This document shows positions 24,619 through 31,839 of a stretch of 32,000 nucleotides of DNA, piece by piece (the stretch's first letter is position 1; the number at the start of each line of letters is the position of its first letter). Source of the stretch: Halogeometricum borinquense DSM 11551 (GTDB taxonomy: Archaea; Halobacteriota; Halobacteria; Halobacteriales; Haloferacaceae); NCBI RefSeq assembly GCF_000172995.2, contig NC_014731.1, forward strand, positions 120,001-152,000, read 5' to 3'. The notes under the pieces are model-generated. The model was not told the origin of the DNA. It did not search any database and was given only the letters and a program-made list of their open reading frames with translations. Made by a program: the position numbers and the translations under genes.

Positions 24619-26013
24619 TTAGCCGTCAGCGCTGAGATAGCTCTCCAGCAGGTTAAGGGTCTCTCGGTCGAGATCCTCGATCTCCTCGTCAGCGAGTTCT
24701 TCGTAGTCGTCCGCGTCGGACTGGCTGATGAGATTATTCACCTGCGAGGTGGAGATGTCATCGAGGTACTGTCCGGTCTCGGCGTGGCTGTGCTCGCTCC
24801 GTTCGAGATCGACGGTCTCGCCGTCAGATTCGAGGTCAACACCGCCATCTTTTTCGACATCGAGTCGGTCGCCGCTCTGCTCGATGTCGTGGTCGTCGTT
24901 CTCGAACTCAAGTTCGTTCTCGTCGTTCTCGAACTCGACGTCGTCCTCGTGGTTTTCGACATCGACATCGTCACCGCGCTGTTCGATGTCGTGGTCGTCG
25001 TCCTCGAACTCGGTCTCTTCGTTGTCTGACTCGAAGTCCACTCCATCGTCGGTGTCGACTTCGAGTTCATCGTCCTCTTGTTCGACGTCAGTGGCGTCGT
25101 TCCGGAAGTCGATGCCGTTCCGGTCGTTCTCGAACTCGAACTCCTCGCCCTCGACGTCGGCGTCACTACCTGTGTGTTCGATTTCGTGCTCGTCGTCGGC
25201 CTCGAACTCGTGGTCGTCGCCGTCGCTCTCTAGGTCGAGGTTATTCCGCTCGTTTTCGACCTCCAGGTCGTCGCCGTCCTGTTCGATCTCCTGATCGTCG
25301 GTATCGATGTCGACATCGTCATTGTCGAGGTCGATGTCGATGTCGCCAGCGTCCTCAGACTCGAAGTCGAGGTCGCCGTTTTCGTTCTCGTATTCGACGT
25401 TGTCGCTCTCGACCTCAGCGTCGTCGCCGTGTTTCTCGATTTCGGCCTCGTCGTGTTCGACGTCGAGGTCGTCGTCCTCAGCCTCGTAGTCGAGGTCGTG
25501 ACCGTCAGTATCGTCCTCTACCTCAAGACGATTACCGGATTGTTCGATTTCGGCCTCGCCGGTTTCAACATCGACCTCGTCGTCGTCTTCCTCGGCCTCA
25601 AAGTCGAGGTCGTTCTCGTCGTCTTCGACTTCGGCGACGCCGTCATGTTTCTCAATCTCTTGGTCGTCCGTTTCGACATCAACATCGTCGCCACCGTCCT
25701 CGCTCTCGAAGTCGAGGTCGTTGTCTTCGTCCTCCACCTCAAGGTCGTCGTTGTCCTGCTCGATTTCGTTACCGTCGGATTCGATATCGGCAGTATCCTC
25801 GTCCTCGTTTGTCTCAGCGTCGAGGTCGTTTTCGTCGTCCTCTACCTCTGCGTCGTCGCCGTCGTGTTCGATTTCACCGTCTTCGGTGTCGACGTCGACT
25901 TTATCATTTCCTCCGTGGCTGGCGGCCACCGGCAGCACAGCACCGCCGGCGATCATGCCAACCGCGAGGAACACGATCAGTACGAGTCGGAATTTCTTAT
26001 TCATAGTTGACAT
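24619..26013 (-). CDS. Secreted hyper-acidic strand-turn repeat protein, type B copy 2
   Basis: ORF 24619..26073(-). ATGs at 26013 and 26004 give 'MSTMNKKFRLVLIVFLAVGMIAGGAVLPVAASH'. It is colinear with B1 throughout. Its C-terminal tail is a divergent version, 'YLDDISTSQVNNLISQSDADDYEELADEEIEDLDRETLNLLESYL'. Confidence 0.8.
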   Translation of the reverse strand: MSTMNKKFRLVLIVFLAVGMIAGGAVLPVAASHGGNDKVDVDTEDGEIEHDGDDAEVEDDENDLDAETNEDEDTADIESDGNEIEQDNDDLEVEDEDNDLDFESEDGGDDVDVETDDQEIEKHDGVAEVEDDENDLDFEAEEDDDEVDVETGEAEIEQSGNRLEVEDDTDGHDLDYEAEDDDLDVEHDEAEIEKHGDDAEVESDNVEYENENGDLDFESEDAGDIDIDLDNDDVDIDTDDQEIEQDGDDLEVENERNNLDLESDGDDHEFEADDEHEIEHTGSDADVEGEEFEFENDRNGIDFRNDATDVEQEDDELEVDTDDGVDFESDNEETEFEDDDHDIEQRGDDVDVENHEDDVEFENDENELEFENDDHDIEQSGDRLDVEKDGGVDLESDGETVDLERSEHSHAETGQYLDDISTSQVNNLISQSDADDYEELADEEIEDLDRETLNLLESYLSADG

Positions 26014-26171
26014 CTCGTCGTTCTCAACCCAGTATGGGGAGTGGTTCGAGACCCCTGACTGGGACAAGCACACATTTGGTAGGAACCCACATAAATCTAA
26101 GATAACTGACTAATCATCCGATATAGCGGTTTATATCGTGTGAACCGGGGAACCAACGGTTGAGGGATCGA

Positions 26172-26188
26172 TAGCAGGTTACCTGCTA
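26172..26188. promoter_or_regulatory. 17-bp perfect palindrome TAGCAGGT-T-ACCTGCTA upstream of the B2 gene
   Basis: Read directly. It has 8-bp arms and one central nucleotide, and lies about 160 nt upstream of the B2 start on the minus strand. Confidence 0.5.
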
Positions 26189-26195
26189 GATATGA

Positions 26196-26237
26196 GGTAC
26201 AACAGTTGCATAGTATGGTACAATAGTTGCATAGTAT
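26196..26237. repeat. Tandem 21-bp direct repeat x2 (GGTACAAYAGTTGCATAGTAT)
   Basis: The units at 26196-26216 and 26217-26237 differ at one position (C/T). Confidence 0.9.
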
Positions 26238-26277
26238 ATTTCTCCGCGCGGACAGCCGCGCGCAGGTAGACAAATAG

Positions 26278-26333
26278 ATTGCAAAACGGGAATTACAAAA
26301 CGGGATTACAAAACGAGTGGATTGTAAAACGGA
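26278..26333. repeat. Four tandem ~13-bp units ATTRYAAAACGRG
   Basis: The units read attgcaaaacggg(a) / attacaaaacggg / attacaaaacgag(tgg) / attgtaaaacgga. The array lies in the spacer between the HxlR 3' end and the B2 5' end. Confidence 0.85.
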
Positions 26334-26462
26334 AGTACTGGCACGTCAAGGAAAATGAGATGCTATCTGACAGTCAGACAAGAGAGTCCACGGGTGGACA
26401 GGAGGGACGACAGTCAGGTCACGATTCAGAACCGATGGCGGGGGCGCTCGGACGTCGGTTCG

Positions 26463-26855
26463 TTAGTCCTCTGGGGGAGTGACTTGGAAGTCCCCTTCTC
26501 GAACTCGCCTGATGATCGATTCAAAGGCGAGTCCCTGTTGCGTCAACGAGTACTCCACGCGGAACGGTCGCTCACTGACGATTTCACGATCAACCACATC
26601 GTAATCTTCCAGCGTCTGGAGACTCACCGCGAGGACCTTATTCGAGATACCGTCGATCTCGGCTTCGAGTTCACTGAACCCCATCGGCCCACCATGGAGG
26701 AGTTTGGCGACGATGACCAGGTTCCACTTCCGACCGATCAGTTCGGCCAGTTCGTTCAGCTTTCGCTGCAGGGTCACCGAGCCGTACTGGAGTGTCCGAT
26801 TCTCGCGTTCGTCCGGTTTCGGCGTGGTGGTCCGCCTAACGTTCTCAATCCCCAT
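26463..26855 (-). CDS. HxlR-family transcriptional regulator (Cys-less variant)
   Basis: 'LAELIGRKWNLVIVAKLLHGGPMGFSELEAEIDGISNKVLAVSLQTLEDYDVVDREIVSERPFRVEYSLTQQG' matches the HxlR pattern. The N-terminal CPV sensing-Cys motif seen in the other two copies is absent. Confidence 0.88.
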   Translation of the reverse strand: MGIENVRRTTTPKPDERENRTLQYGSVTLQRKLNELAELIGRKWNLVIVAKLLHGGPMGFSELEAEIDGISNKVLAVSLQTLEDYDVVDREIVSERPFRVEYSLTQQGLAFESIIRRVREGDFQVTPPED

Positions 26856-27248
26856 GGCTAATCAAAAAAACATACGAGGTACATCTCCATAGAACGGGTG
26901 GCAATGTGGCTAGCGGTACACCTACCTACTCACTTAGACCGCCGGACCGCAGACAACCAAATCCACACGGTCGAGTCCTTTACTGACAAGTGCAACGGGA
27001 GCGTAGAAGCAACGAGCGCCCCATACGGAACGTTGGGAGTCTCTTTACAAGGTTACGGATGTAACGGGGAGTTACCTGAAGGAAACCACTTGCTGTACTC
27101 TTTCGACGTTACCCGCCCGTTCGCTGCTCAAGTTAAAATATCTACCCCCTCACTGGCTGGTTACATACTTTCGGCAAAGTTAACACAGAGTTATATCTCT
27201 CTCGCCACAAGTAGCGACTGTAGGGGACCTCACACGGGGGAACCAAGA

Positions 27249-27569
27249 ATGTCTACCGGAACCAACACCGCACCCGCATCCAAATTCGAGTTCACGTTAG
27301 AGGAACAATGGGCGATACACCAAGCGTTCCTCGACTACGTTGAGGTGGCAATGCGAGATGACACCGATCTGCCAAAGCCAACCGTCGAAATCGTGATCCT
27401 AGAAAAGCTCGAAGACGGTAACTTCTCGTTTACTGCATTCGAACTGGAGCGACTTCGCTACGAGTGTGACCACCACGCAGAAAGCGAATACACCCCCGAG
27501 ATTGATCGCGAACCCGCACGGACTGTTGTCGAGAAAATCGACCGCCAGTCCGGTGACTCGGGCTGCTGA
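27249..27569 (+). CDS. Hypothetical acidic 106-aa protein
   Basis: This is the internal ATG of ORF 26898..27569. From 'MSTGTNTAPASKFEFTLEEQWAIHQAFLDYVEVAMRDDTDLPKP...' onward the composition becomes halophile-like. The 117 upstream codons look non-coding. Confidence 0.5.
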   Translation: MSTGTNTAPASKFEFTLEEQWAIHQAFLDYVEVAMRDDTDLPKPTVEIVILEKLEDGNFSFTAFELERLRYECDHHAESEYTPEIDREPARTVVEKIDRQSGDSGC

Positions 27570-28103
27570 TCGATATCAACTGCGCTCTTCTTCCCTCATC
27601 CCAGCACAGAATCCATATTTTCGGACAGTTCACGAAATAGATCGTCTCTCCTCACGTGAATTTGCAATTTTTCTTCGGCTTCAAGCGTCTGCCCATATTT
27701 GCAATACTCGAGATTGTGCGGTATAGAGACACTAAACGAGAACGGTTTGAACAGAACCGAAAAGCAAGGCTACTCACTTAGTCCGACAGTACGATATTGA
27801 CATGCTTGAGGTCCACAAAAGAGACAATAGAAAAGGGCCGGCTCAGTGAGTCAGGGTGTCAGTTGGATGGGGTGCATGACGAGTCCAGCCGACCCAATTC
27901 ACATCTCGTGAGCCAGCTAAATGATTATTTGGTTACAATTTGGTAATGAAGTGACCAGCAGTAACTACGTCAGAGGAGGTAGGTCGTAACCGAAACGCCG
28001 TGCTAGATACGATAGCGACCGCGCAGTCTGGTGGGAGAGTCAGTTCACTCACGATCTGAAAGCGGAGATGGCGGGACAACACGATAGTTCGGGTCTCGGC
28101 TGG

Positions 28104-28496
28104 TCAGACAATCGAATCAGTCTGATCCTCGGGTTCGCTGAGGTGTTCCAATCCCCAATCACGCATCGCGTAGATGATTGGCGAGAGTGAATCGCCATGG
28201 TGAGTGAGTGAATACTGAACACGGAACGGCCGTTCGCTGATGATCTCACGGTTGACGATCTGTTTTTCTTCGAGGTCTTCCAAACTGTCTGAGAGTACTT
28301 TGCTCGAGATACCGTCAACGTCCTCTTTGAGTTCGTTGAACCCGCTCGGCCCGTGTTCAAGGAGACGGTGAATTATCACCGGGTGCCACTTCTTTCCGAT
28401 GAGTGTCGCCGTCGTCGTCACTGGACACCAATCCTCTCCTGCACACCAGACCGGTATCTTCTCGATTGGATCTTCATGCCCGCCTGTGTCAGACAT
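28104..28496 (-). CDS. HxlR-family transcriptional regulator
   Basis: 'IPVWCAGEDWCPVTTTATLIGKKWHPVIIHRLLEHGPSGFNELKEDVDGISSKVLSDSLEDLEEKQIVNREIISERPFRVQYSLTHHG' matches the HxlR pattern. Confidence 0.9.
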   Translation of the reverse strand: MSDTGGHEDPIEKIPVWCAGEDWCPVTTTATLIGKKWHPVIIHRLLEHGPSGFNELKEDVDGISSKVLSDSLEDLEEKQIVNREIISERPFRVQYSLTHHGDSLSPIIYAMRDWGLEHLSEPEDQTDSIV

Positions 28497-28704
28497 ACAC
28501 CCACATAGGGACCCTGTTCGGATAGTAGTAACGTATAGATATGTAGTTACGTTTAGTTATTCGATATTAATTCGGCTTCTGATCAAGCAGAGATCACAGT
28601 TGATCAGACAGTACAGGAGTCAAAAAATACAACATAGAGACAATCATTCTGTCAAAATACTCAAGATGAAACTACATTGAGTAGTATCTAAATAGAGAGA
28701 CAAT

Positions 28705-29275
28705 AGCACTGTCTACGTAGTGACTTCCTCAGCCGGTGTTCGTCCATCGAGCGCTTGATGCGGTCGTCGGAAGCATAGTATTGCGCGAATTGTATAAACT
28801 ACTTGTGGGTGCTCGCGTGACATCTCACCCAGAAATCATGGAAACAGTCGGCTCGCATGTGAGGGTGTAAAACAATATTCTTCGATAGTTTCGTTCGACG
28901 TAGTCGAGCCGACTGGTTAATCCTAATCGGGAGACGACAGTCCGATATCCATACCCACCAGCGAGAAACACAGCTTCTGAGAGATCAGTATCTCCGAGAA
29001 TCGATGAAGAAAGGCGCAACCGGAGTGGTTCCCTGTCGTCCAAATAATTCGACGTCAAGAACCAGCTTTGTTTCAGAGAATATTGTATTTAACAGACAAT
29101 ATAACTCACCATTGATTTTGACAGCGGGTTCGTCAACCGCAACCCGCTTCGTCGTTTCCTCAGCGGGTTGTGACCGCTGTCAGCCAGCCGATATATCCAT
29201 TCCAAACAGCTTGTGAGACCGTTCTATGCCGAGAGAGCAAAGAATTTGGTGGCTCTGTTGAAATAATCGATTAGT
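28705..29275 (-). pseudogene. Decayed, truncated IS6-family element copy (transposase remnant)
   Basis: It aligns by eye, position for position, with the first ~570 nt of the intact IS at 29293. For example, 'agcactgtctacgtagtgacttcctcagccgg' corresponds to 'ggcactgtctagttagtgacctcctcaaccgg'. Only a 77-aa fragment is still open (28825..29058), reading '...AVFLAGGYGYRTVVSRLGLTSRLDYVERN...'. Confidence 0.7.
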
Positions 29276-29284
29276 GATAGTTTG

Positions 29285-29292
29285 TCGAAGCC
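29285..29292. repeat. Left 8-bp target-site duplication TCGAAGCC of the intact IS
   Basis: An identical octamer is found at 30038-30045, immediately outside the right inverted repeat. Confidence 0.85.
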
Positions 29293-30037
29293 GGCACTGT
29301 CTAGTTAGTGACCTCCTCAACCGGCGTACGTCCGTTGAGCGATTGATGCGGTCGTTGAAAGTTATAGTATTGCGCAAATTGTATGAACCACTCGCGGATG
29401 CTTCCGTGACTGCCCACCCACGAATTATGGAAGCGGTCGACTCGCATTTTGAGGGTGTGAAACCATTTTTCGATGAGGTTTCGCTCGACGTAGTCAAGCC
29501 GACCGCTCAATCCTAATCGAGAGAGGGCAGTCTGATAGCCGTAGCCATCAACCAGAAACACAGCATCTGAGAGATCATGTTTCTCGGAAAGTCGATGGAG
29601 AAACGCAGCAGCCGGATCGGTACCATGCCGTCCAAACAACTCGACATCGAGAATCAGCTTCGTCTCGATGTCTATTGCGGCGTACAACCAAGACCACTCA
29701 CCGTTGATTTTGACAGCGGTCTCATCAACCGCAACCCGCTTCGGCGTTGCCTCAGGCGGGTTGTGACCGCTGTCAGCCAGTCGATGTACCCACTGCCAAA
29801 CAGCTTGATGAGAGCGTTCAACGCCGAGTATTCGAAGAATTTCTTTTGTCTCTCTAAGCGAACACCCGGTCGCGTGGAGCTGGACGGCGAACACCCTGAC
29901 GGGTGTCGCCGTCCGCTCACGCTCCCAAGTTTCTTCATAATCCGTCTCAAAGCACTCGCTGAGCAGGTCTGCGAGCATCTTGACCAACTAACTCAACGAC
30001 CTGCTCGTTCCTCAAACTGGCTTAACTAGACAGTGCC
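29293..30037 (-). mobile_element. Intact IS6-family insertion sequence (745 bp)
   Basis: It has perfect 15-bp terminal inverted repeats: GGCACTGTCTAGTTA at 29293-29307 and its reverse complement at 30023-30037. It contains a single transposase ORF and is flanked by an 8-bp direct repeat. The first 8 nt of the IR (GGCACTGT) match what I recall for the IS26 IR. Confidence 0.9.
29301..29987 (-). CDS. IS6-family DDE transposase
   Basis: 228 aa. 'VAVDETAVKINGEWSWLYAAID', 'VFLVDGYGYQTAL' and 'VERNLIEKWFHTLKMR' supply a D, D, E triad in IS6-typical contexts. Confidence 0.92.
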   Translation of the reverse strand: MVKMLADLLSECFETDYEETWERERTATPVRVFAVQLHATGCSLRETKEILRILGVERSHQAVWQWVHRLADSGHNPPEATPKRVAVDETAVKINGEWSWLYAAIDIETKLILDVELFGRHGTDPAAAFLHRLSEKHDLSDAVFLVDGYGYQTALSRLGLSGRLDYVERNLIEKWFHTLKMRVDRFHNSWVGSHGSIREWFIQFAQYYNFQRPHQSLNGRTPVEEVTN

Positions 30038-30045
30038 TCGAAGCC
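30038..30045. repeat. Right 8-bp target-site duplication TCGAAGCC
   Basis: It is identical to 29285-29292. Confidence 0.85.
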
Positions 30046-30510
30046 GTGCTGAATACAGAGTGCAAGTCGGTCACGGCCAAGTGGTATACAGATCAGGGGT
30101 CTATCGGACGCTTTTTTAGACAATTTCGAGACATATAGGAGATGAATCTCTCTATCCGTAGGAGCCCACTCGCACAATTCAGTATTACAGCTGCGTCTTC
30201 AGTCCTTGCCTCGAAGCTTCTCCGTCCCCAGACTCTCCTAGAAACAATCGTACTGGCAACTGCTGCTGGTCTTGGAGTCGTACTCAGTCAGCAGTTTTCC
30301 CTGTCATACCATATGGACAATCCCGGATTAGACGCTGCTCAAATAGAAGTAGACGACGTACTGGCACCGAACGACAGCCCCAGTTACGAGGCAACGGCCG
30401 CTCGAAGATGCACAGAAGATTCACCAGCGACGACCAATCTTACAAGAGACGCTCGGTACCGCTACGCAACCGAGGTGTGTTTCAGCCCAGAAAGCCGCAA
30501 CAGAGACAGA

Positions 30511-31644
30511 TTACCGGTTACTAACGGGAGTCCACGTCCGGTCGTTTTCTCCGACATAGCGTGCCCGGGGACGGATGAGACGGTTGTCTTCTAACTGCTC
30601 GCGGCAGTGGGCCGTCCAACCACCGACGCGGGAGATACCGAACGTTGCCGTGAACAGTTCCTTCGGAACACCAACACCGTGGAGAAGCGCAGCAGTGTAG
30701 AACTCGACGTTCGTCTGCAAGCGACGGTCCGGTTTATGCTCTTCGAGGATATCGACAGCAACATCCTCGAACGACGTAACGGTCTGGAAGAACTCGTCGT
30801 CATCGCTGGCTTCGTAGAATCGTTCGGCGGCCTCCGAAAGCACTGCCGCACGGGGGTCTCGAACACGGTAGACGCGATGACCGAATCCCATCAATCGCTC
30901 GCCGGCAGCCAGCGTCTCGCGGACGTACTCCTCAGGATTACCGGATTCGTGAACCGTCTGAAGCATGTCGAGGACGGGACCCGGTGCGCCGCCGTGGAGC
31001 GGTCCCTTCAGCGTCCCGACGGCGGCGGTCACCGCCGACACAACGTCCGACTCGGTCGAAACGACGACTCGGGCGCTGAACGTCGAGGCGTTCAGTCCGT
31101 GGTCGATGACGGTGTTGAGGTACGTCTCCAGTCCGCGAACCTCGTCATCGGTCGGTTCCACGCCGTTCAGCATATAGAGGTAGTTCTTAGCGTGACTGAA
31201 CTCCGCACGTGGTTCGACCGGGTCTTCATCCTGTAGATACCGCCAGTACGTTGCGACAATAGTCGGGAAGACGGCAACGATACGACGGATATCTTCGTCT
31301 ACGTCCTCGTCTCCGGTTCCGAGAGTAGCCGCGGCCGCACCCATTCGAAGGGCGTCCATCGCTGGTTTCTGCTCGTCAGCAGCTCGTTGGAGGACGGCGT
31401 GAACCTCGTCGCCGATTCCGCGACGGGCGGCGAGATCCGAGCGGAAGTCGTCAAGTTCTTCGCTGGACGGAAGTCGGTCGTGCAGCAAGAGAAATACGCT
31501 CTCCTCGTACGTCGCGTTGACTGCGAGTTCATCGACCGGGAACCCCCCGATAGTAAGTTCACCGACTTCACCATCGATTTGACTGAGACGTGTCTCCGCC
31601 ACAGAGACATCCTCCAATCCGCGACTAAGAACCTCGTTACTCAT
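30511..31644 (-). CDS. citZ: Citrate synthase
   Basis: ORF 30511..31668(-). The ATG at 31644 (MSNEVLSRGLEDVSVAET...) is preferred. The citrate synthase signature 'GFGHRVYRVRDPRA' is present, with overall collinearity to archaeal type citrate synthases. Confidence 0.93.
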   Translation of the reverse strand: MSNEVLSRGLEDVSVAETRLSQIDGEVGELTIGGFPVDELAVNATYEESVFLLLHDRLPSSEELDDFRSDLAARRGIGDEVHAVLQRAADEQKPAMDALRMGAAAATLGTGDEDVDEDIRRIVAVFPTIVATYWRYLQDEDPVEPRAEFSHAKNYLYMLNGVEPTDDEVRGLETYLNTVIDHGLNASTFSARVVVSTESDVVSAVTAAVGTLKGPLHGGAPGPVLDMLQTVHESGNPEEYVRETLAAGERLMGFGHRVYRVRDPRAAVLSEAAERFYEASDDDEFFQTVTSFEDVAVDILEEHKPDRRLQTNVEFYTAALLHGVGVPKELFTATFGISRVGGWTAHCREQLEDNRLIRPRARYVGENDRTWTPVSNR

Positions 31645-31839
31645 ATCTCTCGTTTTATTTGACACCATATTAATCGTGTGATATTGGCGTATTTCTCGAA
31701 TCTAAAACGGCCACAACAAGAGGCGGAAAGAATAGCCCGTTGTCGGAGAGGCTTGTTGTTCGCACCAACGCGGGGATTTCTCACGTTCGGAGGGGTACCG
31801 AACGGGGGAGAGTGGAAAACCGGCAGTTGCACTGCGCAG

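Noticed and set aside
15189-25489. Ser/Thr-rich ORFs in the third frames of both strands across the repeat genes (e.g. 15189-15473, 15669-16004, 16065-16523, 17070-17744, 17763-18170, 23264-23761, 23822-24451, 24728-25294, 15757-16158(-), 17488-18003(-))
   Set aside because: They are out-of-phase readings of the same repeats (TCG/AGC/ACG from ..GTCGAC..). They are low-complexity, overlap the much longer signal-peptide-bearing frames, and are non-halophilic in composition.
15152-26010. In-phase antisense hydrophobic ORFs over the repeat genes (e.g. 15152-15487, 15497-15760, 15899-16219, 17048-17338, 17708-18025, 21691-22035, 22048-22434, 23041-23517, 23959-24390, 24481-25029, 25429-26010)
   Set aside because: They are explained by codon reverse-complement symmetry (Asp-Val/Ile, Glu-Phe/Leu). 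They are fragmented by stops wherever the sense strand uses CTA/TTA/TCA, and they lack start contexts. I treat them as artefacts, though only ribosome profiling could exclude translation formally.
15128-26013. Regular short-period DNA repetition that could superficially resemble a CRISPR or other non-coding repeat array
   Set aside because: The periodicity is about 24-27 nt and about 100 nt, and it is degenerate and entirely in-frame within long ORFs. There are no identical direct repeats separated by unique spacers, no leader, and no cas genes in the window.
16673-26073. N-terminal extensions of the repeat-protein ORFs given by the track (16673-16723, 18266-18352, 24442-24525, 26014-26073)
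   Set aside because: The extensions precede a much better start directly in front of a canonical signal peptide (Met, then Lys/Arg, then a hydrophobic core). The extra residues are non-acidic and would bury the signal sequence.
26898-27248. The first 117 codons of ORF 26898-27569
   Set aside because: The composition is non-halophilic (few acidic residues, several Cys/His/Tyr, low GC3) and changes abruptly at the internal ATG at 27249. I treated this stretch as an intergenic/5' region.
30046-30125. The idea that the intact IS6 copy is nested inside the older copy, with the old right end continuing after 30045
   Set aside because: By eye, the sequence after the right target duplication does not align convincingly with the last ~165 nt of the intact element. 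Only a 'tagaca' hexamer near 30107 resembles the IR. The question is left open and needs a computed alignment.
30142-30594. 150-aa plus-strand ORF between the IS element and citrate synthase
   Set aside because: It has low GC3 and non-acidic composition, and it overlaps the 3' end of the convergent citrate synthase gene by 84 nt. I recognise no motif. It could be a short real gene, but I cannot support it.
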